Shown here: positions 1 to 6,826 of the stretch, piece by piece | Position numbering within the stretch: position 1 is the stretch's first letter | Layout of the letters: every line of letters begins with the position of its first letter | IMG/VR virus record: IMGVR_UViG_3300009431_001072 | Reading direction: 5' to 3' (one strand) | Length of the DNA: 25,210 bases | From: a virus | The notes under the pieces: generated by a model | The model's input: only the letters and a program-made list of their open reading frames with translations | Told to the model about the DNA's origin: nothing | Databases searched by the model: none | Translations under genes and position numbers: made by a program

Positions 1-135
1 CATATTAGAAAAGGGAGCACCTGTACCGAAGTTAAAGATACCGGCCTTCCTAATGGAAGTCAATTGGCTTCCATGGATCAAAAAGCTTTGATTTATGTAA
101 ATAATGAAGTAAAAAGAATCAGATTGAATCTTTAA
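1..135 (+). CDS. C-terminal end of a hypothetical protein (starts before the window)
   Basis: Open frame from base 1 (HIRKGSTCTEVKDTGLPNGSQLASMDQKALIYVNNEVKRIRLNL*) ending at TAA 133-135. Confidence 0.5.
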   Translation, partial: HIRKGSTCTEVKDTGLPNGSQLASMDQKALIYVNNEVKRIRLNL

Positions 136-174
136 TTAACTATAGCTGATCTAACATTTACGAAAGGGAGATGA

Positions 175-468
175 ATGAATACTTTTCTAATCAACTTTAA
201 GTACACTAATGAAGGTGTTCGAAAAGTTAAACAAAGTGTAGACCGGATTGATGAATTAAAATTGACTCTGCAGGGAAAATTCGGAGTTACTATCCAAACG
301 GTGTTCATGGCTACGAGCTGTGACACTATTTTTATAGTAACAGCCGAAAAAGCCGCAGATGTTAAAGCAGCGGAACTGTATATTAATGCTGCCGAAAATG
401 TCAGAGTAGATAGCTGGCAACAAATTTGGCAAATCGAAGATATGGTCAAGATTGCCAACAGTATCTAA
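175..468 (+). CDS. hypothetical protein (97 aa)
   Basis: ORF with upstream GAAAGGGAG Shine-Dalgarno-like sequence, same strand as neighbours; preferred over the overlapping minus-strand ORF. Confidence 0.7.
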   Translation: MNTFLINFKYTNEGVRKVKQSVDRIDELKLTLQGKFGVTIQTVFMATSCDTIFIVTAEKAADVKAAELYINAAENVRVDSWQQIWQIEDMVKIANSI

Positions 469-492
469 GATTAACGTGGTACAGGTAGACTC

Positions 493-876
493 GTGTCTAC
501 CTGTGTCCACATTAAGCGTTCCACACTCAAACCTGAAGATATGAATACAACAGTTTTCTCATCTGGATATATCGCCCGAGATGGTAAATTCTATGGCTGT
601 GCTGATGCTGGACATTTGACTTTGGCAGATGAAATCTTCGATGAGGTTCTTGAAGAAGAAGTACCCGGAGGTAAAGATACACAAATTGTTTTAGATGATC
701 GAGGATGGGTCAGGTTCTCAATGAATCGTTTCTATTTTGATAATCCAGTCGATAAAAAATGGACCAGGAAACAAATAAAAACAGCCAGTGACTATTTATT
801 TACAAAGAATAAGTCAACCGTGTATTATAACGGAAAAAAATGTAGCTATAAAGAGTTTATAGAACTGATTAAATAA
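493..876 (+). CDS. hypothetical protein (127 aa)
   Basis: ORF on the dominant strand with plausible phage-like composition; its start may be an alternative codon. Confidence 0.6.
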   Translation: MSTCVHIKRSTLKPEDMNTTVFSSGYIARDGKFYGCADAGHLTLADEIFDEVLEEEVPGGKDTQIVLDDRGWVRFSMNRFYFDNPVDKKWTRKQIKTASDYLFTKNKSTVYYNGKKCSYKEFIELIK

Positions 877-1020
877 ACACGATTGGAGCGAGCATGTGCG
901 TAAAAAAAAGAGCTCCTACCTTGTGGTAACACGTCCTGTATATTCCGGAAGTATTTTCAGGTGCGGAAAGCATAGGTATTAATAGTCTGCCTCTGTCTTA
1001 GAAAAAAGATGGCATAGTAA

Positions 1021-1028
1021 GGTATAAG
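1021..1028 (+). promoter_or_regulatory. GGTATAAG motif, possible phage promoter element
   Basis: Same 8-mer as found upstream of the RNA module array and the tmRNA; 36 nt before the small ORF at 1057. Confidence 0.3.
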
Positions 1029-1056
1029 GCAATCATTTATAACGAAAGGGACAAAG

Positions 1057-1236
1057 ATGCAGTATAGGGTGGTCGAATTGAAAAATGGAGAAGTGCTAAA
1101 GAAAAATAATTTTTCTCCACTTTCATTCCTGAAATCCTGGATGGAAAACACGAAAATGTATCGGAAATTAAAAAAGGAAGAGGATGGAGTTACATTTGAA
1201 ATATGGGATGAAAACGATAAAGTCATAAAGTCATAA
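1057..1236 (+). CDS. small hypothetical protein (59 aa), absent from the supplied ORF track
   Basis: ATG at 1057 preceded by GAAAGGGACAAAG; MQYRVVELKNGEVLKKNNFSPLSFLKSWMENTKMYRKLKKEEDGVTFEIWDENDKVIKS*. Confidence 0.6.
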   Translation: MQYRVVELKNGEVLKKNNFSPLSFLKSWMENTKMYRKLKKEEDGVTFEIWDENDKVIKS

Positions 1237-1241
1237 TTTAA

Positions 1242-1249
1242 GGTATAAG
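1242..1249 (+). promoter_or_regulatory. GGTATAAG motif, possible phage promoter element
   Basis: Same 8-mer upstream of the NUDIX gene. Confidence 0.3.
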
Positions 1250-1303
1250 AAATATACAACTAATATACAACCAACTTATATAACAAATCAGAAAGGAAAA
1301 GTT

Positions 1304-1711
1304 ATGACTTTATCCAAAGTAAGAGCTATTATTACAAACGACGATGGTGACATCCTGGTAGGAAAATATACCGATTCCGAAGAAGGTATGTTTTACATGC
1401 TGCTGGGTGGGACCTTTGAATTAAGTGATGCAAACGCTTGGGATGCACTTCTGCGTGAACTACGCGAGGAAATTGAAGTAGAAGTTGATGAAATGGAGTA
1501 CTTAGATGTATTAAATAATACGTTTACATGGCATAACAAGTCTTGTCATGAGATGGTAGTATTATTCAGGGTTACATTAAAAGTGCTACCAACTCTGGAT
1601 TCAGCGTTAAATGATGACGGAACTAGAAGTCCTCTTGAATGGATTCCTGCTGAAGATATAAGAGAAGAGAAAGTTGTTATTTACCCAATATGTGCACAGA
1701 AATATATTTGA
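1304..1711 (+). CDS. NUDIX hydrolase
   Basis: Nudix box-like GGTFELSDANAWDALLRELREEIEVEV (GX5EX7REUXEEXGU-like). Confidence 0.8.
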   Translation: MTLSKVRAIITNDDGDILVGKYTDSEEGMFYMLLGGTFELSDANAWDALLRELREEIEVEVDEMEYLDVLNNTFTWHNKSCHEMVVLFRVTLKVLPTLDSALNDDGTRSPLEWIPAEDIREEKVVIYPICAQKYI

Positions 1712-1716
1712 TCTTT

Positions 1717-1800
1717 GCCGAAGTGGTGAAATTGGCAGACACGCTAGATTTAGGATCTAGTGGGCGCAAGCCTGTGTGGGTTCGACCCCCTCCTTCGGCA
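1717..1800 (+). tRNA. tRNA-Leu(UAG)
   Basis: Acceptor GCCGAAG/CTTCGGC + A; anticodon arm CTAGA-TTTAGGA-TCTAG; class II variable arm; T-loop TTCGACC; CCA not encoded. Confidence 0.93.
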
Positions 1801-1847
1801 CAACCTAATTAACTAAACCCAGAAAACAGAAACTAAAAAGGGTAAAC

Positions 1848-3017
1848 ATGGAAAAACAAGAATTTATGGCTGAATTAGCCACAGACGCTATTAATGGTTT
1901 AATGTTCTTTACTGATAAGGTGGATAAAGACTATGGAAGCCAATCAAAGCAACACCGGTTATTAGTAAATGGTGGGACCAGACCGATTTACAAATTTATT
2001 AGAGGAAAAACTCCAAAGATCTCTATGCAAAAGTTATGTTACTGGAACATAAAAGCTACAATAAATCTATATATAGATGTATGCTGTGCGCTTTGTTGTT
2101 ATTGTACACACACAACATGCGGTTTCCGGAAAGACATAAGTCAAGCAGGGATAGTTGAGACTACTGATAATATTATAGAAAGCATGAGAGTACTGTTTGA
2201 TACATACCTGTATACTACAAAAGACTTTAGTCCAGGTGATCTAATTTACGGTGGATCAAAATCAGATCATCTATCTCCGAACGTAACAGATGTTGAAATT
2301 CAAGCTATGATCGACTTCATAGCAAGTTACGACGTTCTAAATTTTGTAATATTTACCAAATTCCCTGACAGGTTAGTAAATAAGAAAGGCAAATTAAATT
2401 TTAGTATTCCAGCTAATCTTGCTATAGTAGCAACCGTGGAAACAGATTTGGAACAATATACACGTACACTGTCTCTCTTAAAAGATAAAGATATAACTAC
2501 AGGATGTAAATTACCTTCAGCTCCACATGTTAGAATTAAAGCAATTAAGAACTTAAGAGTAAATAATGTAACCGCTGGATTCGGTATTTCTCCTGCTATA
2601 GATTCTAGTACAAAGTTTGTAAAAAAATTAGCAGCAGCTGATCCGGATATAGTAATACTCGGAAGCGTAAATAATTCTGAGGGTAAGATTAAAACTATGG
2701 AAGCCGATTGGATACAAAAATTTCCGGAGTTAGGTTATCGTATTCCTCAAATTTTGGGCGCCAGAAAAGTAGTTTTCCCGTGGTTAACCGCGGAGAAAGG
2801 AAACATACTAATCGATGATTTAAAAACTCAAATTGGTGAAGATAAGTTATACTTGTTACCATCTGCGGGACGGGAATTTAATCTTTTAGGTCACAGAAAA
2901 ATAAATGAAATAATAAGCCCAAAACCATATAATAAACGGGTTCATGCCAAGTTTACCATACCGAATCAAACGCTGAATGGGAATATTATACAAAATGCAT
3001 TAAATGGAAGGAGATGA
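1848..3017 (+). CDS. radical SAM-type protein, possibly of the spore photoproduct lyase-like group
   Basis: 389 aa with a canonical CxxxCxxC in DVCCALCCYC (C-CAL-C-CY-C), followed by a GGSKSDHLSP segment and a TIM-barrel-like alternation. Confidence 0.6.
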   Translation: MEKQEFMAELATDAINGLMFFTDKVDKDYGSQSKQHRLLVNGGTRPIYKFIRGKTPKISMQKLCYWNIKATINLYIDVCCALCCYCTHTTCGFRKDISQAGIVETTDNIIESMRVLFDTYLYTTKDFSPGDLIYGGSKSDHLSPNVTDVEIQAMIDFIASYDVLNFVIFTKFPDRLVNKKGKLNFSIPANLAIVATVETDLEQYTRTLSLLKDKDITTGCKLPSAPHVRIKAIKNLRVNNVTAGFGISPAIDSSTKFVKKLAAADPDIVILGSVNNSEGKIKTMEADWIQKFPELGYRIPQILGARKVVFPWLTAEKGNILIDDLKTQIGEDKLYLLPSAGREFNLLGHRKINEIISPKPYNKRVHAKFTIPNQTLNGNIIQNALNGRR

Positions 3018-3028
3018 AGTAAGGAAAG

Positions 3029-3373
3029 ATGAAACAGCTAACAGAAAAACAACTCATCAATTATTGGAATAAATCTCTGAAGAAGAGAATGCATCATTTG
3101 AGAACAACACCAAAATTTAAGGCTGGCCAACAAATTAAGATAAAAGTGCAAGAACCAGACTTAGGTAGCTGGACTTGGATGGATGAATGCCGATTGAAGC
3201 GTAAAGGTAAAATTGGTACTATAATAGATATTGAGTGGTTACCAAACGAAGAAGTCCCAAAACAGTATTCAAATTTTTCATACACAGTGTTATTTCAAGA
3301 TGGAAGAAAAATCTCATTTGTTGAAGAGCACTTAATCCAGTTATCAAAAAAGGACTTGAATAATTTAAAATAA
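3029..3373 (+). CDS. hypothetical protein, possible SH3/KOW-like beta barrel
   Basis: 114 aa; KFKAGQQIKIKVQEP...GKIGTIIDIEWLPNEE...YTVLFQDGRKISFVEEHLI resembles KOW-like strands. Confidence 0.65.
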   Translation: MKQLTEKQLINYWNKSLKKRMHHLRTTPKFKAGQQIKIKVQEPDLGSWTWMDECRLKRKGKIGTIIDIEWLPNEEVPKQYSNFSYTVLFQDGRKISFVEEHLIQLSKKDLNNLK

Positions 3374-3410
3374 ATTATTATATTATACACTGAGGAACCA
3401 CGAGTTATCG

Positions 3411-3483
3411 GCGGGCGTGGCCGAACGGCTAAGGCGCTAGATTTCCAATCTAGTATTTGAGAGTTCGATTCTCTCCGTCCGCT
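3411..3483 (+). tRNA. tRNA-Gly(UCC)
   Basis: Acceptor GCGGGCG/CGTCCGC + U discriminator; D stem GCC/GGC; anticodon arm CTAGA-TTTCCAA-TCTAG; T arm GAGAG-TTCGATT-CTCTC. Confidence 0.92.
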
Positions 3484-3522
3484 CAATAAAACTAACATTA
3501 ACTTAACAGAAAAGGAAAAGTT

Positions 3523-4149
3523 ATGATAAGTAAATCACAAATACGTAGGTTAAAAATTCAAGGGGCTCCAATACCTAACGAAGAAGTTGTACAAGACAAG
3601 ATGACACCGGCTGAAAAAATAAAGTTAATGGCTTTGATAATATTTGTTATTATCGTCGCATTTATTTGTATATATATGGGAACAGCAAATGGGCAACTTC
3701 CAGAGAAGCTAGCAACGAGTAAAGTATTAGTTTCTTGGCAACCATCTGCTAATTCTGATATACATAAGTATAACATATATGTAGACACTGTTTATTTAAT
3801 ATCGGTAATCCATCCGGATACAAGTATTGCTTTACAATTAGATTCTATTATGGTAAGATATTACCAAAATATTCAATTTAATGTAACAGCTGAGGATTCT
3901 ACCGGTAACGAGTCACCGATGTCAAATACAGTAGATAAACTGCTATGTAAAGAAATGGGAAAACTTTATTGTGACGTCGATGGAGATGGGTCAGTCATTA
4001 ACATTGACTACTTCCTAATGCTAAGAAAGTTAGGCAATCATGTCTCCATAGAAGACACAATGCTTCAAGTTTTCGATTTTAACGGCGACACACTTATCAA
4101 CAATATAGATTTTGCAATCATGTTAAAAAGATTGGGGAATCGAAAGTAA
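3523..4149 (+). CDS. membrane-anchored FN3 domain + dockerin-like domain protein
   Basis: TM helix KLMALIIFVIIVAFICIYMG; FN3-like VLVSWQPSANSDIHKYNIYVD...FNVTAEDSTGNES; two EF-hand-like repeats DVDGDGSVINIDYFLMLRKLG and DFNGDTLINNIDFAIMLKRLG typical of dockerins. Confidence 0.75.
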   Translation: MISKSQIRRLKIQGAPIPNEEVVQDKMTPAEKIKLMALIIFVIIVAFICIYMGTANGQLPEKLATSKVLVSWQPSANSDIHKYNIYVDTVYLISVIHPDTSIALQLDSIMVRYYQNIQFNVTAEDSTGNESPMSNTVDKLLCKEMGKLYCDVDGDGSVINIDYFLMLRKLGNHVSIEDTMLQVFDFNGDTLINNIDFAIMLKRLGNRK

Positions 4150-4187
4150 CGTAAACAAAGTAACAAGCAACACCCGGAGGAACAACC

Positions 4188-4613
4188 ATGAATATTACAT
4201 TTGGGAATGTAGTAGCATTGCAATATACGGATACAGATCCTATAGAACTTCCGACAACACATGAAGACGCAATGTTAACAGTGGAAACAGGAAAGACATA
4301 CAAGGTAAACGTGAGAATTGATTCAAACAAGGAATTCCATAGCATAGGTTTTGACCTGGGCTGGGATGAAGAAAACATTAAACCTATAATGTCTACTGGA
4401 GCAGTTGTCACCGAAGATGGAGACTTGTTCACTGGGCTAAATTATGATTTAGTAGCCAACGCATTCTTAAATGAAAAACGCATTTATATAACAAAATCAT
4501 TAAGAGCTACTGTACCTCCCGCAAGTGTTGGAAACTTTTGGATACTTAGTATCCTAATTACAAAAACAGGTGATCGTCTACATTTAACGATTACAACAGA
4601 GGAAGTAGTTTAA
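4188..4613 (+). CDS. cohesin-like domain protein
   Basis: 141 aa; ETGKTYKVNVRIDSNKEFHSIGFDLGWDEENIKPIMS...NFWILSILITKTG matches the cohesin/CBM-like pattern (V.V......G..F.L.YD...L). Confidence 0.55.
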   Translation: MNITFGNVVALQYTDTDPIELPTTHEDAMLTVETGKTYKVNVRIDSNKEFHSIGFDLGWDEENIKPIMSTGAVVTEDGDLFTGLNYDLVANAFLNEKRIYITKSLRATVPPASVGNFWILSILITKTGDRLHLTITTEEVV

Positions 4614-4690
4614 CGAAACCGAATAACTAATTGAAATTTAAAGCAAACTTGATGGCAGTTTGTCAAGGCTGCGATCTAAGAAATACTAGG

Positions 4691-4741
4691 ACACAAGTGG
4701 TATTGCCGATTATGCACAGGGATCCACTTGTGTTTTTTTTT
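4691..4741 (+). terminator. rho-independent terminator-like hairpin
   Basis: ACACAAGTGG (4691-4700) pairs with CCACTTGTGT (4724-4733), then a run of T; the loop is unusually long (23 nt). Confidence 0.6.
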
Positions 4742-4881
4742 CTTGGTGAGGCGCCTGGCAAAAAAAAATGAAGACTTAAATGGTTACCATCCAGCAACAC
4801 TTGTTTATGATGAGAAATACTATAAGCCGCTATGGAAAACGCACTTAATTGATATTAAAAATTATTTGAGAGGAGACTAAT

Positions 4882-5538
4882 ATGAAAATATTAATCGTTT
4901 CCACACTGATGGTGATTTGCTTAATTTTATCTATCTGGATTTTGATTGATTTAGACTATAATGCATCGAAGAGGTCACATCAAGTGACACAGATGGAAAA
5001 TAAAGTGAAAGAACTTAGATGTGTTGTATCTTTTCATAACTATACTCAGTTAAAAAAGAAAAAGATACAAGAAATAATTGGTCCAGTTCCAGAAGAATAC
5101 TTGAATTTAGCTATGGATGCTACTCTTAAGTATCCAGCATTAGATATGGAACTTATTTGTGCCGTTATTCATCATGAAAGCGCAAAAACATGGGACCCAA
5201 AAATTATTTCACCAATGGGAGCGGTGGGGTTGATGCAAGTGATGCCAAAAACTGGCAGATTAATCTCGAAAAGAAGAAATATAAGCACTTACAGCAAGAA
5301 GATGCTGTATAATCCGAAATTCAATGTTGATTTTGGATGTTGGCTTTTAAATGAATTGATACCTGTTTTCGGAGTTAAAGCCGGTCTCGCAGCTTATAAT
5401 GGACCGTATGATATTGCCTGGGAATATAAAAAACAGTTAAAAAGGAATCCAAAGCATGCCCATAAATATCTTCTTTTAGAAACAAGAAAATATATTCCAA
5501 TTGTTTTAGAGATATATAAAAAATTAAAAACTATTTAG
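4882..5538 (+). CDS. lytic transglycosylase, SLT domain, membrane anchored
   Basis: N-terminal TM; ELICAVIHHESAKTWDPKIISPMGAVGLMQVMPKTG and AGLAAYNGP motifs of SLT transglycosylases. Confidence 0.88.
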   Translation: MKILIVSTLMVICLILSIWILIDLDYNASKRSHQVTQMENKVKELRCVVSFHNYTQLKKKKIQEIIGPVPEEYLNLAMDATLKYPALDMELICAVIHHESAKTWDPKIISPMGAVGLMQVMPKTGRLISKRRNISTYSKKMLYNPKFNVDFGCWLLNELIPVFGVKAGLAAYNGPYDIAWEYKKQLKRNPKHAHKYLLLETRKYIPIVLEIYKKLKTI

Positions 5539-5548
5539 AGATCCAGAT

Positions 5549-5821
5549 ATGAAATCAAAAACAACATGTAGTGAATGTGGGTTAAATTACGCATTTTGCA
5601 AATGTGGTAGTCACATAACCCCTGTTGCATGCCCACATACAAACAGAGAAATTCACCCAAACGGTTATAAATGCAAAGATTGTGCGCGAACTGCCATAAA
5701 CGAAAAACAGCGAAACAGTTTAAATGGTTTAAGTGCTGATGACCGAGTGGTTAGGTACAGGATTGCAAATCCTGTAAGACGGGTTCGATTCCCGTTCAGC
5801 ACTCTAAACTTGGAGGCATAA
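5549..5821 (+). CDS. small zinc-ribbon-like protein; 3' end overlaps tRNA-Cys
   Basis: CSECGLNYAFCKCG and CPHTNREIHPNGYKCKDC; the frame runs through the tRNA gene. Confidence 0.6.
   Translation: MKSKTTCSECGLNYAFCKCGSHITPVACPHTNREIHPNGYKCKDCARTAINEKQRNSLNGLSADDRVVRYRIANPVRRVRFPFSTLNLEA
5733..5803 (+). tRNA. tRNA-Cys(GCA)
   Basis: Acceptor GTGCTGA/TCAGCAC + U; anticodon arm CAGGA-TTGCAAA-TCCTG; T arm ACGGG-TTCGATT-CCCGT; no encoded CCA. Confidence 0.92.
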
Positions 5822-6100
5822 ATGAATACAAAAAAGCAAGTGAAACTGTCAAAAAGGCAGTTTATATGTAAATCAATTGCGATGGGCAAAAAAATGGTTT
5901 ACATAAAAAAAGACATAAAGGACATAAAAGACTTATCAGTTGAGGTTCCTTCTATATTTTTACAATCCAGGGAATCCGGGATAACTGGAAAAATTCTTGG
6001 ATTTGTCCATGCAACCTTCGGGTTGTACTACTTTATTTTGGTAGGCAAAAAAGTGGGTGTTTACCACATAGATGAATTTATTATCAAGGGAAAAAAATGA
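5822..6100 (+). CDS. hypothetical protein (92 aa)
   Basis: ATG preceded by GGAGGCATAA. Confidence 0.7.
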   Translation: MNTKKQVKLSKRQFICKSIAMGKKMVYIKKDIKDIKDLSVEVPSIFLQSRESGITGKILGFVHATFGLYYFILVGKKVGVYHIDEFIIKGKK

Positions 6101-6303
6101 ATGACAAAGGAAAACTAGAAAAATTTTTAACAAAACAAGGAGACTCAGGGTTCTCAATACTTGCAGATGCTTTAGAACGAGAAACGGGGGTAGCATTAAG
6201 TAAAGTCCCAATCAAAGGAAAGACTATTAGAGCAGATCTCGGAGATCCTGTACCTAGTTTATCCGATCTGGTCGATCAAGACATAACTATCTCTAACGAC
6301 TAA
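6097..6303 (+). CDS. hypothetical protein (68 aa)
   Basis: ATGA overlap with the preceding gene; preceded by a purine-rich AAGGGAAAAAA. Confidence 0.7.
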   Translation: MNDKGKLEKFLTKQGDSGFSILADALERETGVALSKVPIKGKTIRADLGDPVPSLSDLVDQDITISND

Positions 6304-6325
6304 CGACTTACCGCCAGGAACTTTT

Positions 6326-6347
6326 TTGCGAAAATGTGGTATAAGAA
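6326..6347 (+). promoter_or_regulatory. putative promoter for the RNA module array
   Basis: TTGCGAAAATGTGGTATAAGAA; 18 of 22 nt identical to the block at 6920-6941 upstream of the tmRNA; GGTATAAG starts 57 nt before module 1. Confidence 0.5.
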
Positions 6348-6394
6348 TATTGAACAAAGAACATAGAACATAGAACTCCTTTCTGTTAAATAAA

Positions 6395-6452
6395 GGGCTA
6401 CATTCAGCACCCAAAAATTCACTCGTTCGGAATGAAAACAAAACGTAGCCCG
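6395..6452 (+). ncRNA. structured RNA module 1
   Basis: GGGCTAC (6395-6401)/GTAGCCC (6445-6451) closing stem, ATTCAGCAC after the 5' strand, 3' flank GATGAAAATT. Confidence 0.6.
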
Positions 6453-6478
6453 ATGAAAATTATTTTAATATAAATAAA

Positions 6479-6611
6479 GGATTGCTTACAGCACATAAAA
6501 CAATTTAACTAATCAGGACCCGGGTGTCGGCGGTTCAAATCCGTCTTTCCCTCCACGAGAGAAATAGCTCAGTTGGCTAGAGCGCCGGGTTAAAAGTTAA
6601 AACGCAATCCG
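6479..6611 (+). ncRNA. structured RNA module 2, cargo is a permuted tRNA-like sequence
   Basis: GGATTGC (6479-6485)/GCAATCC (6604-6610) closing stem, TTACAGCAC after the 5' strand, 3' flank GATAAAATTT. Confidence 0.65.
6504..6601 (+). tRNA. circularly permuted tRNA-like element (3' half upstream of 5' half)
   Basis: 3' half: CCCGG-GTGTC-GGCGG-TTCAAAT-CCGTC-TTTCCCT-CCA (6519-6555). 5' half: AGAGAAA-TA-GCTC-AGTTGGCTA-GAGC-G-CCGGG-TT (6558-6591). CCGGG/CCCGG would form the anticodon stem, AGAGAAA/TTTCCCT the acceptor (one A-C mismatch), and TTTAACT (6504-6510)/AGTTAAA (6595-6601) extend the helix outward. Confidence 0.6.
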
Positions 6612-6628
6612 ATAAAATTTGAAAAAAA

Positions 6629-6711
6629 AGGCTGCATACAGCACACTAACTTTGGTTAAAACAACGTCTCGAAAACGTTCGAAATGGTTCAAACCCATAC
6701 AAATGCAGCCT
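6629..6711 (+). ncRNA. structured RNA module 3, cargo partly tRNA-like
   Basis: AGGCTGCA (6629-6636)/TGCAGCCT (6704-6711) stem, TACAGCAC after the 5' strand; internal AACGT-CTCGAAA-ACGTT and ATGG-TTCAAAC-CCAT hairpins. Confidence 0.6.
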
Positions 6712-6724
6712 GTAGAAATTAATT

Positions 6725-6785
6725 GGGTTACTTACAGCACTTTAAAAGCACATCACTGTTAATGACAAACGCTAATGTAACCCGG
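6725..6785 (+). ncRNA. structured RNA module 4
   Basis: GGGTTAC (6725-6731)/GTAACCC (6777-6783) stem, TTACAGCAC after the 5' strand. Confidence 0.6.
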
Positions 6786-6826
6786 AATTTATAAAAAATT
6801 CATGTTTCGCCTCACGAAAGATGAAT

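Noticed and set aside
957-1259. Minus-strand ORF of 100 aa
   Set aside because: Overlaps a better-supported + strand ORF with a Shine-Dalgarno-like sequence (1057-1236); other minus-strand ORFs in the track (e.g. 132-458, 13640-14086, 15931-16281, 24181-24519) are likewise antisense to convincing + strand genes.
3411-3483. tRNA-Ser interpretation of the second tRNA
   Set aside because: Loop TTTCCAA gives anticodon UCC, the variable loop is short, and the U discriminator with GCGGGCG acceptor fits tRNA-Gly.
4746-4879. 44-codon open frame upstream of the transglycosylase (GTG start)
   Set aside because: It begins next to the terminator T-tract with no clear ribosome-binding site; it may be a gene remnant but is too weak to call.
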